In this document: positions 28,671-38,266 of the stretch, piece by piece
How positions within the stretch are numbered: the stretch's first letter is position 1
Layout of the letters: every line of letters begins with the position of its first letter
DNA from: Patescibacteria group bacterium UBA4787
GTDB lineage: Bacteria > Patescibacteriota > Patescibacteriia > UBA2591 > UBA4787
Direction of reading: 5' to 3'
Length of the DNA: 64,000 nt
Assembly (NCBI GenBank): GCA_002402995.1
Contig: DHGX01000004.1
Location: forward strand, 155,670-219,669
Program-made: the position numbers and the translations under genes
The notes under the pieces: generated by a model
Database searches by the model: none
Told to the model about the DNA's origin: nothing
The model's input: the letters and a program-made list of their open reading frames with translations, nothing else

Positions 28671-29720
28671 TTAAAATTGTCTGATAAATTTTAAATTCTG
28701 GTTATGAAAATGCCTGATGTCTTCTATCTTATATTTCAACATCACTAGGCGATCGAACCCAAAACCAAAAGCTAATCCCGTATATTTCCCTTTCGGATAA
28801 CCGGCATATTCTAAGACCTTGGGATGAATCATGCCGCAACCCAACAACTCTACCCAGCCACTATTCTTGCAAACCTGACATCCGCGGCCGCCGCAGCTTA
28901 AGCAGCTGAAATCAACTTCATAACTGGGCTCAGTAAAAGGAAAATAACTGGGACGCAGTCTAATATTAACCTGTTGACCGAATAAAGTATTTAAAAATTC
29001 TTTTAAAATAAAAACTAAGTTCGCAATGCTGATATTTTCATCAACCATAAAGCCATCAATTTGGTAGAGAATGTAGCCATGACTGACATCGGTTGCTTCG
29101 TGGCGAAAACATTTCCCGATAACGCAAGTTTTAATCGGTGGTTTTTGGTGTTCCATTGTTTTAATCTGCATGGCCGTAGTGTGCGTTCTTAAAAGCAAAT
29201 CCTTGCCCTTTTCGTCTAAAAGTTTTTTGCCTTTCTCATCGCCTAAATAAAAAGTGTCCCACATATCACGAGCAGGGTGATCAACCGGAATATTTAAAGA
29301 TTCGAAATTATAATAATCATTTACTACCTCCTCGCCTTCAACCACATTGAATCCCATTGATAAGAAGATATCTGCCACTTTTCTGGCAATTTGCGTATGG
29401 GGATGCAAATGGCCGATATATTGTTTCTCGCCGGGAATTGTCGGATCAAAAAAATATTGATCGCCCGATCTTTTGTTGCCCATTTTTCTAATCGCTCCAT
29501 CAAGGGAAAGAGTAAGCCAGTTTTTAATTTCATTGGCCATGGGTCCGACTTTTTTCTTTTCTTCTTCTGATAAATTTTTAAGGTTGCGCAAAACTTGAGT
29601 CAACAAACCATTTTGTCGGCCCAAATATTTTATTTTAATGGCTTCTAGCGCGCCATGGTCTTTGGCTACTCCCAGTTCTTGTTCGACTGATTGTTTAATA
29701 TTTTGCAAATCTAAATCCAT
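28671..29720 (-). CDS. pheS: Phenylalanine--tRNA ligase alpha subunit
   Basis: GHLHP, NFESLNIPVDHPARDMWDTF, LLRTHT, RPSYFPFTEPS, AFGFGFDRL. Confidence 0.98.
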   Translation of the reverse strand: MDLDLQNIKQSVEQELGVAKDHGALEAIKIKYLGRQNGLLTQVLRNLKNLSEEEKKKVGPMANEIKNWLTLSLDGAIRKMGNKRSGDQYFFDPTIPGEKQYIGHLHPHTQIARKVADIFLSMGFNVVEGEEVVNDYYNFESLNIPVDHPARDMWDTFYLGDEKGKKLLDEKGKDLLLRTHTTAMQIKTMEHQKPPIKTCVIGKCFRHEATDVSHGYILYQIDGFMVDENISIANLVFILKEFLNTLFGQQVNIRLRPSYFPFTEPSYEVDFSCLSCGGRGCQVCKNSGWVELLGCGMIHPKVLEYAGYPKGKYTGLAFGFGFDRLVMLKYKIEDIRHFHNQNLKFIRQF

Positions 29721-29728
29721 AAATAATT

Positions 29729-30142
29729 TTAAGAATTTTTATCGCCTGGATGATTATCTGAAATAACGCGCGGATGGCGCGAAACAATAAACAGAACTTC
29801 TAAGCTTATAATAAACAAAATGAATATAACCAAATTCCACCAGCGTAAAAGTTGATAAAATCTAAGAATAAGAACGGTTATGACGATTATAGCCAAGAGA
29901 AGACTCTGTCTAAAACTTACGGTTACTTGTTCGAATACCGGTTGGCTGGAAAAACGCACGCGAATTATAAAGCCAACGATGGAAACAGTACCCAAAATAG
30001 CCAAAAAAAGACTAAAATAAAACACAACGATATGTTGCCATTGTGAATTCAACGGCCTTAAAAACAAAAAAGCGGCCAACCAAATTAACCAACAAATAAT
30101 CGTGCAAATCAACGTCAAATTAAGATATCTTTTAAGTGTCAT
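29729..30142 (-). CDS. 4-TM hypothetical membrane protein
   Basis: Four hydrophobic helices, SFRQS motif. Confidence 0.75.
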   Translation of the reverse strand: MTLKRYLNLTLICTIICWLIWLAAFLFLRPLNSQWQHIVVFYFSLFLAILGTVSIVGFIIRVRFSSQPVFEQVTVSFRQSLLLAIIVITVLILRFYQLLRWWNLVIFILFIISLEVLFIVSRHPRVISDNHPGDKNS

Positions 30143-30172
30143 ATTTTTTTATGATAACATATTAAAAACGAC

Positions 30173-30240
30173 TTGACAAGTTCAAAAATTATGCTATTCT
30201 TAATTTAATCGTTCATTTAAAACGTCAGAAATAAAGGAGA
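30173..30240 (+). promoter_or_regulatory. Sigma70-like promoter, boxA-like leader and Shine-Dalgarno site
   Basis: TTGACA...TGC-TATTCT, then GTTCATTTAAAA, then AAGGAG before ATG 30244. Confidence 0.6.
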
Positions 30241-30243
30241 AAC

Positions 30244-30486
30244 ATGAGAAACTTGCTAAACCCGGGATGGAGCTCTAAGTTTTCGCTTTGGGAATTTCTA
30301 AAAAAAACTAATCCGGCGGGTAAAATAGTTAACGTTACTCCAGTCAATTCGTCGCTATCAATAACCGCCAAACTCGAATTATTCACTGAGCGCTATCTAA
30401 AACTTGACCGGTATGGCATAATCTGGTTGACCCAAGTCGCGGAAATGGAAATTTTAACAACACAAATCGAAATTGATTTAACCTAA
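30244..30486 (+). CDS. Small hypothetical protein, possible Sm/Hfq-like fold (paralog 1)
   Basis: Strong SD; aligns by eye with the next ORF. Confidence 0.65.
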   Translation: MRNLLNPGWSSKFSLWEFLKKTNPAGKIVNVTPVNSSLSITAKLELFTERYLKLDRYGIIWLTQVAEMEILTTQIEIDLT

Positions 30487-30502
30487 TTAGAAGGAATAAG
30501 CA

Positions 30503-30796
30503 ATGCCGAAGAAACTTTTTTGGAGTAATACCGAATCACTCTTCCGTTTCTTACAGAAGAGAGGGGCTAATGGCAAAAGGGTACAAATCTGTGTTGACAA
30601 CGAAACACGAACTATTCTGCTTAGCATAGAGGGTACCATTGTCGCCTACAACTCAACTTATTTAACACTCGAGAGGCGTAGTTGTGTAATCGCCCTCGCT
30701 CTTAAGCCCGTCCAGAATTCTTCTAAACGCTATATGCCTGTCAGTAAGCAAAACATCTTTCTAGACGACGTTAAAAAGATCGAGATTCTCTCTTAG
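30503..30796 (+). CDS. Small hypothetical protein, possible Sm/Hfq-like fold (paralog 2)
   Basis: AAGGA upstream; aligns with the previous ORF; followed by a terminator. Confidence 0.65.
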   Translation: MPKKLFWSNTESLFRFLQKRGANGKRVQICVDNETRTILLSIEGTIVAYNSTYLTLERRSCVIALALKPVQNSSKRYMPVSKQNIFLDDVKKIEILS

Positions 30797-30803
30797 AACC
30801 ATC

Positions 30804-30832
30804 AAACCCCAGAAACAATTTCTGGGGTTTTT
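30804..30832. terminator. Intrinsic terminator, likely bidirectional
   Basis: AAACCCCAGAAA-caa-TTTCTGGGGTTTTT between convergent genes. Confidence 0.8.
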
Positions 30833-30857
30833 ATTTTTAACAAAATCTAATAATAAT

Positions 30858-33827
30858 CTACAGCTGACGGTATTCACAAATGCTTTTATAGTCGCAAAAT
30901 TGGCAATTCCATCCTGGTTGCGGCGGAAACTCGGCGCCCTTAATTTTACTAATCCAGTCAGCGACTTTCTGCTGCACCTCTTCTAATTCTTTTTCATTGC
31001 CTAAAAATGAAATTTTTTGACCATCACCCAAATAATAAAAAGTTAAACGATTAACCTTTTCCTTAAAAAGCTGGCTGGCGGCTAATTGATAAATTAGAAG
31101 CTGTGTTTTATCTTCGCTGGACAATTTATTATCTTTAGGCGCGCCGGTTTTATAATCAATAAGCTCAATTTCTTGATCCCCGACTAAATCAACCCGATCA
31201 ATTTTTCCCTTTATCAAATCTTCTCCGATTTTAAATTGAAAACCGACCTCTATCCCTAACACTTCCGGCGGATTATTTTTAAAATCTTCGTAAAACTTCT
31301 TTAGAATCTTTTCTCCTTTTTGGCGATATTTTTCTTTGTTTTCTTTATTCTCGTACCAATCGTCAACCCATAATTCTTCATATAATTCAATCAATTTTTC
31401 CAGGGGAGGCAAGTTCTTAGAAGGGTCTTGGGTTTGGACAAAAAGATTATTTTGTTTAATATTCTTATTTTTCAGATATTCATTAACAAAATGATAAAAA
31501 GTTTGGTGAATGGTTTGACCAAAAGACAACGTGCCCTGCCCTAACCGAGGAATACCCAAAATAAAAGCCAGTTTGTATCCCAATGGACAAGTGTTAAAGC
31601 CCGCCAACTGCGTATAACTAAAATGTTTGGGCAAAGTAAATTTATAACTTAATTCGTCTTGGGGCTGATGGTTAAAAATTTTCAAATTTTCCAAAAGATC
31701 TCTGGGTGTGGTTTTTATTTCTTGCAGATTATCCACCAAATTCAGCTCGTATAAAAATTGCGATGGCTTCTTTTTTCTTTGGCCGCCATAATCTTCGGCA
31801 AAAGTAAAATATAATTTGTCTTTTGCTCTGGTCATAGCCACATAAAAAAGCCTGCGCTCTTCTTGAATATGAACATCTCCTTCCGGAATAATTTCTTTCA
31901 TTAAAGCATCCGGTATTTCAATCTGGCTCTGTCTCTCGGGCGTAGGAAAACGCAAATGAACCAAATTAACAATAAATACATTTTTAAATTCCAGGCCCTT
32001 GGCTGCGTGCACGGTCATAATTTTCACGGAATCCGGCCCCTCTTCCGGTTCTACGATTGAACCCTCGTCCCCTATTTCCGCCATTAAATCGATAAATCGA
32101 ATAAAATTTTTAATTGATTTGTCCGTATTGGTTAATTCAAAAGATTCGATTTTTTTGAAAAATTGTTGCAGCCAATTAATATTCTCAATATCTGCCACGA
32201 TATTTTGTTCGACGCGGTCAATTAATAATTTTAAATACCCACTGTCTTCCAAAAACGCGAATATAATTTTGCCAACACTTTGAACGCGAACTAATTGCGA
32301 ATGTTTTTCTATCAACGACAAAAGATTTCTAGATTCATTTAAAGCCGTTGACGAGATGTTATTTATTAATGTGGCTTGTTTTAACGCCTCAAAAATAGAA
32401 ATTGATTTTTTCTTGGCCCAATTAACCAAGAGCACAAGATCTTCATTAGTAATTGTCTTGGCGAAAATCGGAGAAATTAAAACTCGATAAATAGCCGAAC
32501 TCTCATGATAATTATCCAATAATTTCAAATAGCTAACGATGTCTAAAATCAACGGTTTCACAAATAAACCGCTGCGCGCCATAAATTGAGCTGGAATATT
32601 TTTCCAACGCAAAATTTGGTTAAAAATTTCCGCGTGACTGTTAGCGCGCACCAAGATAGCAAAATCGCTCCAAGTTAATTCGTCGTTTTCTGTTTTAAGT
32701 TTTAAAATTTCTTCGGCTACTTTTTCCGCCTCGTCTTCAACGGTAGAACCCTTAATAATATTAATTTCACCTTTACCAAGACGATCCGCGGCCAAAGCTT
32801 TATTGATCGGCTTATTACTATTGGCCAGTTGCGCCTCTAAACGATGGGGGTTATTGAGCTGGATAAAACGATAAGCCAAGTCAAGGATATTCTGGTAAGA
32901 ACGATAATTTCTTATTAAAACCACTTCTTGAGCGTCGGGAAAGTCTTTAGCAAATTGCAAAACATTATTATAAGACGCGCCGCGGAATTTATAGATACTC
33001 TGGTCGTCGTCAGCCACTACCGTTAAATTATTTTTAGGGCTAGCCAATAATTTAATCAGCTCGTATTGAGCCATATTCGTATCCTGAAATTCATCAACAA
33101 GAATATATTTAAATTTACTGCGGTATAATTCTAAAATATTCGGGCGTTCTTTAAACAGTTTAATCGTATAATTAATCAAGTCTCCGAAATCCAAAAAACT
33201 ATTTTCTAACAGTAATTGCTGATAAATATGATAAGTGTTGGCTACTTCATACAACCGCGATCTTTCTTGAGCAAAAGATTCACTGCTCTGTAAATTATCT
33301 TTGTCTAACAAAATATTCTCGGCATATTTTAAATAATCTTTTGGTTCGATCATCTCGTCTTTGGCGCGGGAAAAATGTTTAATTAATCCTGCGACAAATT
33401 TCGTAGGATTTCCCATCGGCCGATAATAATCAAGGTCAAAGCGATGAAAATTATCCAAAATTAAAAGATTTTGTCTGGCTTCGTCTAAAATTTTGAAGTT
33501 TAACGGTAGGCCCAAATCAATCGCGTGATCGCGTAAAACTCTCTCACAAAAAGAGTGAAAGGTGGAAACCCAAAAATCGAAATATCCATAAGGTAAAATC
33601 TTTTGCAAACGCGATTCCATTTCTTCCGCGGCTTTTTCCGTAAAAGTAATAGCTAAAATTTCGTCGGTTTTAGCTTTGTTGCTCAAAACCAACCAAGCAA
33701 AACGCCTGGTAATTACCGTTGTCTTGCCTGTGCCCGCGCCGGCCACAATTAAAAATGGACTGTCTCCGTGCGTAACTGCTTTTATTTGTTCGCCGTTTAG
33801 ATTTGATAAAATTTCGCTTTCTTCCAT
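30858..33827 (-). CDS. UvrD/PcrA-type SF1 helicase fused to a PD-(D/E)XK nuclease (AdnB/AddA-like)
   Basis: AGAGTGKT, DEFQD, DDDQSIYKFRGA, HAAKGLEF, EERRLFYVAMTRA; C-terminal GKIDRVD, IDYKTG, QLLIY, CPL...CQFCDYKSIC. Confidence 0.92.
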   Translation of the reverse strand: MEESEILSNLNGEQIKAVTHGDSPFLIVAGAGTGKTTVITRRFAWLVLSNKAKTDEILAITFTEKAAEEMESRLQKILPYGYFDFWVSTFHSFCERVLRDHAIDLGLPLNFKILDEARQNLLILDNFHRFDLDYYRPMGNPTKFVAGLIKHFSRAKDEMIEPKDYLKYAENILLDKDNLQSSESFAQERSRLYEVANTYHIYQQLLLENSFLDFGDLINYTIKLFKERPNILELYRSKFKYILVDEFQDTNMAQYELIKLLASPKNNLTVVADDDQSIYKFRGASYNNVLQFAKDFPDAQEVVLIRNYRSYQNILDLAYRFIQLNNPHRLEAQLANSNKPINKALAADRLGKGEINIIKGSTVEDEAEKVAEEILKLKTENDELTWSDFAILVRANSHAEIFNQILRWKNIPAQFMARSGLFVKPLILDIVSYLKLLDNYHESSAIYRVLISPIFAKTITNEDLVLLVNWAKKKSISIFEALKQATLINNISSTALNESRNLLSLIEKHSQLVRVQSVGKIIFAFLEDSGYLKLLIDRVEQNIVADIENINWLQQFFKKIESFELTNTDKSIKNFIRFIDLMAEIGDEGSIVEPEEGPDSVKIMTVHAAKGLEFKNVFIVNLVHLRFPTPERQSQIEIPDALMKEIIPEGDVHIQEERRLFYVAMTRAKDKLYFTFAEDYGGQRKKKPSQFLYELNLVDNLQEIKTTPRDLLENLKIFNHQPQDELSYKFTLPKHFSYTQLAGFNTCPLGYKLAFILGIPRLGQGTLSFGQTIHQTFYHFVNEYLKNKNIKQNNLFVQTQDPSKNLPPLEKLIELYEELWVDDWYENKENKEKYRQKGEKILKKFYEDFKNNPPEVLGIEVGFQFKIGEDLIKGKIDRVDLVGDQEIELIDYKTGAPKDNKLSSEDKTQLLIYQLAASQLFKEKVNRLTFYYLGDGQKISFLGNEKELEEVQQKVADWISKIKGAEFPPQPGWNCQFCDYKSICEYRQL

Positions 33828-33909
33828 AGCAGAAATAAGTTTACTGATATTTAGAAAAAATTCAAATATTTAATTTGGAAATGGCCTATCTCTCGTTATC
33901 AATCACCCC

Positions 33910-33938
33910 TTGACAAAAATAAATATTTTTGTTATATT
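33910..33938 (+). promoter_or_regulatory. Sigma70-like promoter
   Basis: TTGACA-17 nt-TATATT with extended TG; AGGAGG upstream of ATG 33994. Confidence 0.65.
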
Positions 33939-33993
33939 ATATAATGCTTAATATCAAATATTGAACCTAAAAAAACAAAAGGAGGAAGGGACT

Positions 33994-34422
33994 ATGTGTG
34001 GACGTTGTGGCGGACGCAAGAGAACCTCGAGTTGTGGCGGTTGTGATGGGTGCGGTGCTTCATCCAAGAAGTTCGGATGCGAGATATTCAACCACGACAC
34101 CGGCGCGTCGATCGCGACCGGCAAGATCAAGACGATCAACGAACAAACGGGTTTTCTGGTGATAGTTATCGCCAAGGCCGACTTGAAAGCCGTTATGAAA
34201 GAGCTCAAAAAGGCTTTCAATAAAGCCAAGGACGCGGACAACGAGTTCACATACGGCGCGGCGAAAGAAACGCACCGACCCAGATGCGGCGGATGTTCGC
34301 GAATCTCGCGTCTGGAGAAAATGATCTGGGTGAAGCTGATCAAAGAGCAACCCGTGGAGTTCGAGAAAATTCTCCCCATCGCGATCCGAGCCGTGATCAA
34401 CGACGACGAAAAATCCTTCTAA
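33994..34422 (+). CDS. Cys-rich, GC-rich hypothetical protein
   Basis: MCGRCGG...CGGCDGC...CGGC; has its own promoter, SD and terminator. Confidence 0.7.
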   Translation: MCGRCGGRKRTSSCGGCDGCGASSKKFGCEIFNHDTGASIATGKIKTINEQTGFLVIVIAKADLKAVMKELKKAFNKAKDADNEFTYGAAKETHRPRCGGCSRISRLEKMIWVKLIKEQPVEFEKILPIAIRAVINDDEKSF

Positions 34423-34428
34423 AATTTC

Positions 34429-34457
34429 AAAAGGAGCGAGTAATTCGCTCCTTTTTT
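34429..34457 (+). terminator. Intrinsic terminator
   Basis: AAAAGGAGCGA-gtaat-TCGCTCCTTTTTT. Confidence 0.8.
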
Positions 34458-34560
34458 ATTTTTTTAATTGAACCATCTATCAGACAATTTCACAAAGAGA
34501 CAATCCGTCTAAAAATGGGTATTTGACACAACAGCGTTTATATTCAATTAACCATGCCTC

Positions 34561-35148
34561 TTATACATAAAACCCTTCCTTGTGTTCTTTCATAAGTTGC
34601 TTATAGAATTCTTCAATTTTTTGATTAAACCATTTACGCCCTTCCTTGTGTTCTACTTCCACATCTTTTTCAATCTGATGGTAGGTGTCTATAGAACTCT
34701 TTCCTAATATCTCTTGATAAAAAATAAACCCTTCTTTCGTAAGAACCCATAACATATCAAAATTATTAAAGAGTCTCAAAACTGGCTCATCTGCATAATT
34801 ATCTCCAAAAGCCCAATTATCATGTTTCGAGACTAATCTTTTGATTTCCGCAATTTTGTTTTTCGGGTACTTTAGTCCTTCAAGAATTTCACTTGCGATC
34901 TTCGCGCCCTCTTCCATATGCAATTTACGCGTATCTAAATTCATAGGATTTGATCCTTTTGAAACCTTTGAATAACCAATATCATGGAGAATAACTACTG
35001 GAATTAATATGTCAAAATCAATTTCATATTTATCAGCAAATTTCGGCACTATTTTATATAGCCATTTAATATGTTCAACGTCTCCTTCTCTTCCTTTTTC
35101 ATATAACGGAAGGGCTTTCTCTAAGATTTGTTTGTATATTTCCTTCAT
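34561..35148 (-). CDS. HD-domain phosphohydrolase
   Basis: H...ILHDIG...HMEEGA...KHD...D. Confidence 0.85.
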   Translation of the reverse strand: MKEIYKQILEKALPLYEKGREGDVEHIKWLYKIVPKFADKYEIDFDILIPVVILHDIGYSKVSKGSNPMNLDTRKLHMEEGAKIASEILEGLKYPKNKIAEIKRLVSKHDNWAFGDNYADEPVLRLFNNFDMLWVLTKEGFIFYQEILGKSSIDTYHQIEKDVEVEHKEGRKWFNQKIEEFYKQLMKEHKEGFYV

Positions 35149-35195
35149 AATAAATTAATTAAGGGGTTAACTGTGGATAAATCAATAAAAACAAT

Positions 35196-35978
35196 TTAAA
35201 TATTAAACAATTTTTTAGTGTTTTGCGTCGTTATCCTGTCGACTTCTTCCATGTTTATATTTTTAATATTTGCCAAGTGTTCGGCTATATGTTTCACAAA
35301 AGCCGGTTCGTTTCTTTGTCCCCTAACCGATTGTGGCGCTAAAAACGGACAATCAGTTTCAATTAATACGTTATCTAGTGGAATATTTTTTAATAAATCA
35401 ACATGGCGATAATTAGGAAAAGTGATAATACCGGTTAAACCGATACAAAAACCCAATTCAATAAATTCTTTCGCCAATCGCCAGTCTCCGGAAAAACAAT
35501 GAAACACGCCACGTTTTACATTTTCTTTTTTAAGAATCTGTAGCATTTGTTCGTACGGCGAGTTCTGCTCTTTTTGATTGGCGCGGCAATGAAGAACTAA
35601 CGGCAGATTAAACTTTTTTGCTAATTCAATTTGGGCTATAAAAATCTCTTGCTGTAATTTTTGCGCGGCAAAATCATTTGGTTTAATTCTAAAATAATCT
35701 AAACCACACTCGCCCACGGCTACAACCTTGGGCTGTCCAATCAAATCTTCCAACAACCTTGAATTAAATTTCTCTTCATTTAAAGACTCTGGATGAAAAC
35801 CGACTGTTGCGAATAAACCTTCATAATCTTGAGCCATATTAATGGCTATTTGGCTACTTTTATAATCTGCTCCTATATTAATTATAAAATCTACGCCATT
35901 TTGTTTGGCGCGCTCTAAAACTTCCGTTAAATCTTTTTGAAAGTTTGGAAAATTAAGATGAGCGTGCGAATCAATCAT
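35196..35978 (-). CDS. tatD: TatD-family nuclease
   Basis: IDSHAHL, GFHP, GECGLDY, LHCR, HCFSG, ETDCPFL. Confidence 0.95.
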   Translation of the reverse strand: MIDSHAHLNFPNFQKDLTEVLERAKQNGVDFIINIGADYKSSQIAINMAQDYEGLFATVGFHPESLNEEKFNSRLLEDLIGQPKVVAVGECGLDYFRIKPNDFAAQKLQQEIFIAQIELAKKFNLPLVLHCRANQKEQNSPYEQMLQILKKENVKRGVFHCFSGDWRLAKEFIELGFCIGLTGIITFPNYRHVDLLKNIPLDNVLIETDCPFLAPQSVRGQRNEPAFVKHIAEHLANIKNINMEEVDRITTQNTKKLFNI

Positions 35979-36049
35979 AAAATTTCTTTTTTCGAAAAAT
36001 CTTTAATATTAATTAAATCATTTTCTTAAAAATAAGTAAACAAATTAAA

Positions 36050-36133
36050 TATAACTGATGAGTGAGGAGAAAAATAAAAGCTTGCTTTTGGATTTTCTCC
36101 GAACAAACCAATTTCACACGCGAAGCAAATATA
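36050..36133 (+). repeat. Family A TATA-bounded structured repeat, degenerate copy
   Basis: TATAACTGATGAGTGAGGA...TCCGAACAAACCAATTTCACACGCGAAGCAAATATA. Confidence 0.7.
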
Positions 36134-36152
36134 ATTAATTGATTGTCAAATT

Positions 36153-36188
36153 AAAAAAGAGGGCTGTTTGTTTTTAAACAGCCCTCTT
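36153..36188 (-). terminator. Intrinsic terminator of the S55 peptidase gene
   Basis: AAGAGGGCTGTTT/AAACAGCCCTCTT stem with a T-run on the minus strand. Confidence 0.8.
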
Positions 36189-36191
36189 ATA

Positions 36192-38099
36192 TTAGAAAAT
36201 GCCTAGAAACTTATGTCTTTTCTTCTGTTTAACTGGGGAAAGTATGTCCGTTGCTGCTGGCTTCGCCGTTATGATTTTCAACCTCAGCAATGATACTTGA
36301 GCGTCAACAGGCAGGTTGTAGCTCAGAATTCCAGCCGGCAGAATGATCCGCTTAACAATCACCAGCGGATAGCGCTTAACAACATTCTTCTGGGGTACAG
36401 ATACCCAGGTGTTATCAACGATCTTCTCCGTCATCGGGGTTGTTGCGCCAGAATCTGAGTCCGGTGGCGGCAAACGGTACTCAACGTGCAGAAAGAGTTT
36501 TGTGTTAGACTGCGTATTTAAGTAACCGATTATTTTATCCGCTACCTTCAACTCGTCGTCGGTCAGAGCCGGCAGTTTAACGCCGTTACAAATAGTGATT
36601 TCTGCTTCGTCCACTGCGTCTTTGGGCACGACAAAGGGTATGACCAAACGATAACCGTATTCGGTGGTATCGTTGTCGGTGCTACCGGCCAAATAAACAC
36701 GGACAGTATCACCCGGCAAGGCCTCATCGCGATCGAGTTCCGCGCGCTTAATCACGAAATTGTCCTGTTTCGGCTGGAATAAAACGCTAATACGAACGGA
36801 TTTGATCTTGTGAATAGTGATTGCCTCTGCCGACAAAGAAGCTAGGCAATCAGCCAATGGACCCAAAACATAACCGCGCACGATTTTTGAAAAAGGATCT
36901 CCTTCAAAATTCATACTGTTGATGATGAAAATCGGATCCATGCCGTCGACGAAAATTTCCGTAATAATTTTGACATTACCATTGAAAACTTCGTTGCCCG
37001 GCCCCACTTCGTAGTAACCGTCGCTGATGGCATAAGCAGAAATGTACTGAACCAGATCAGCAGTCATACCGTTGATGTAAGCTACCCGACAATTGATGGT
37101 TCTGTGTTTTGCTTCGCCTGACAGATTGATGGTAATCGGTAACATTGGCGCTGCACGACCCATCTCTCCGGCAATACAAGAGTAGCAATCAGCAGTAATG
37201 ATACCGCGTTCCGTGCCAACATCACCACCCGTATACTTGTAGGTCGTGTAATAGTTGGCCAACGTTGTCAATATCCGAGCCGGCGCAACGTCAATAGCAG
37301 AAGGTCCTGTTTTCAAGAAAGGATGGCCGAAAGCCAAAAAAAATCCTCGCCGATCTATAGCGGTGATAGTGCCGGTGGCCATCATTCTGATATCACCGTC
37401 AATCAGATAGGCGTTGATCGCGCTACCGGGCTCCAATGTAACAGTCAGACCCTCGTCGCCATAGAAATACCCCTTCCCCGTTCCGCTAGTTGAAGGCACC
37501 ATCACAAAACCATTGACCTGAAACTTTTCAAAGAAAAAAGTATTCAAGTTTTCTGGTATATTGCGATTAGATGGCACTGACAGAACTAGGGGTGTAAGGT
37601 TTAAAGAGTATTTAGCCTTGGCACTGGGAACAGTTTTCCCCAAAAGACGGCTATTTAGGACAGCATTACTGGCATTAATCATCTCCTCAATCGGTGTAAC
37701 GCCGAAAATAGGATCCTTATCAAAAGCCCCGCCGTAAGACAACGCGCCGATCAAGCGGCCGTTGATGTACATTGGACTTCCGCTCATGCCAGCTGCCACA
37801 CCGGTATGCGAAATGGGATAATCTTTAGGACCGCCGAAAGCGCGACAGACAATTATCGGCATATCGCTCGCGCCTGCCCAAACGGTTGAGAATCCGAGCA
37901 CTTCGAATCCGAACTCCTCCGGCTTTATGCCATGGAACACCGTTTTGCCGTAACCCCTCATACCGGGCCGAATCTCGGAAAGTGGCATAATATTGCCGTA
38001 AGACGAGTTGTCAGATTTAATCGGTTTCGCGGCTTCGCTGTTTACAAATAAACAGAAAACCGCCATCAGCACGCACAACGCTGTCAAAATTCGTTTCAT
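36192..38099 (-). CDS. Secreted SpoIVB-type (S55) serine peptidase domain protein
   Basis: Signal peptide; GMRGYGKTVFHG, GVAAGMSGSPMYINGRLIGALSY, AFGHPF; SD AAAGGAGG. Confidence 0.88.
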   Translation of the reverse strand: MKRILTALCVLMAVFCLFVNSEAAKPIKSDNSSYGNIMPLSEIRPGMRGYGKTVFHGIKPEEFGFEVLGFSTVWAGASDMPIIVCRAFGGPKDYPISHTGVAAGMSGSPMYINGRLIGALSYGGAFDKDPIFGVTPIEEMINASNAVLNSRLLGKTVPSAKAKYSLNLTPLVLSVPSNRNIPENLNTFFFEKFQVNGFVMVPSTSGTGKGYFYGDEGLTVTLEPGSAINAYLIDGDIRMMATGTITAIDRRGFFLAFGHPFLKTGPSAIDVAPARILTTLANYYTTYKYTGGDVGTERGIITADCYSCIAGEMGRAAPMLPITINLSGEAKHRTINCRVAYINGMTADLVQYISAYAISDGYYEVGPGNEVFNGNVKIITEIFVDGMDPIFIINSMNFEGDPFSKIVRGYVLGPLADCLASLSAEAITIHKIKSVRISVLFQPKQDNFVIKRAELDRDEALPGDTVRVYLAGSTDNDTTEYGYRLVIPFVVPKDAVDEAEITICNGVKLPALTDDELKVADKIIGYLNTQSNTKLFLHVEYRLPPPDSDSGATTPMTEKIVDNTWVSVPQKNVVKRYPLVIVKRIILPAGILSYNLPVDAQVSLLRLKIITAKPAATDILSPVKQKKRHKFLGIF

Positions 38100-38225
38100 T
38101 GGAAGGACCTCCTTTCAGTTTGTAGCTCTGTTTTTTGGTTAATGATTTAATTTTCTAAGAACTAAGTTATTATTATTTTGACAAAAACAACAATCTTAGC
38201 AAGTGCACAAATATTTCGATAAAAT

Positions 38226-38258
38226 AAAAAACTCCTCTTATTTTTAAGAGGAGTTTTT
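38226..38258 (-). terminator. Intrinsic terminator of the clpP-like gene
   Basis: AAAAACTCCTCTTA-tttt-TAAGAGGAGTTTTT. Confidence 0.8.
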
Positions 38259-38266
38259 AACAATTT

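Noticed and set aside
36055-36110. Hammerhead ribozyme (CTGATGA core)
   Set aside because: Other Family A copies read TTGGTGA or TTGTTGA here and the required stems are not evident
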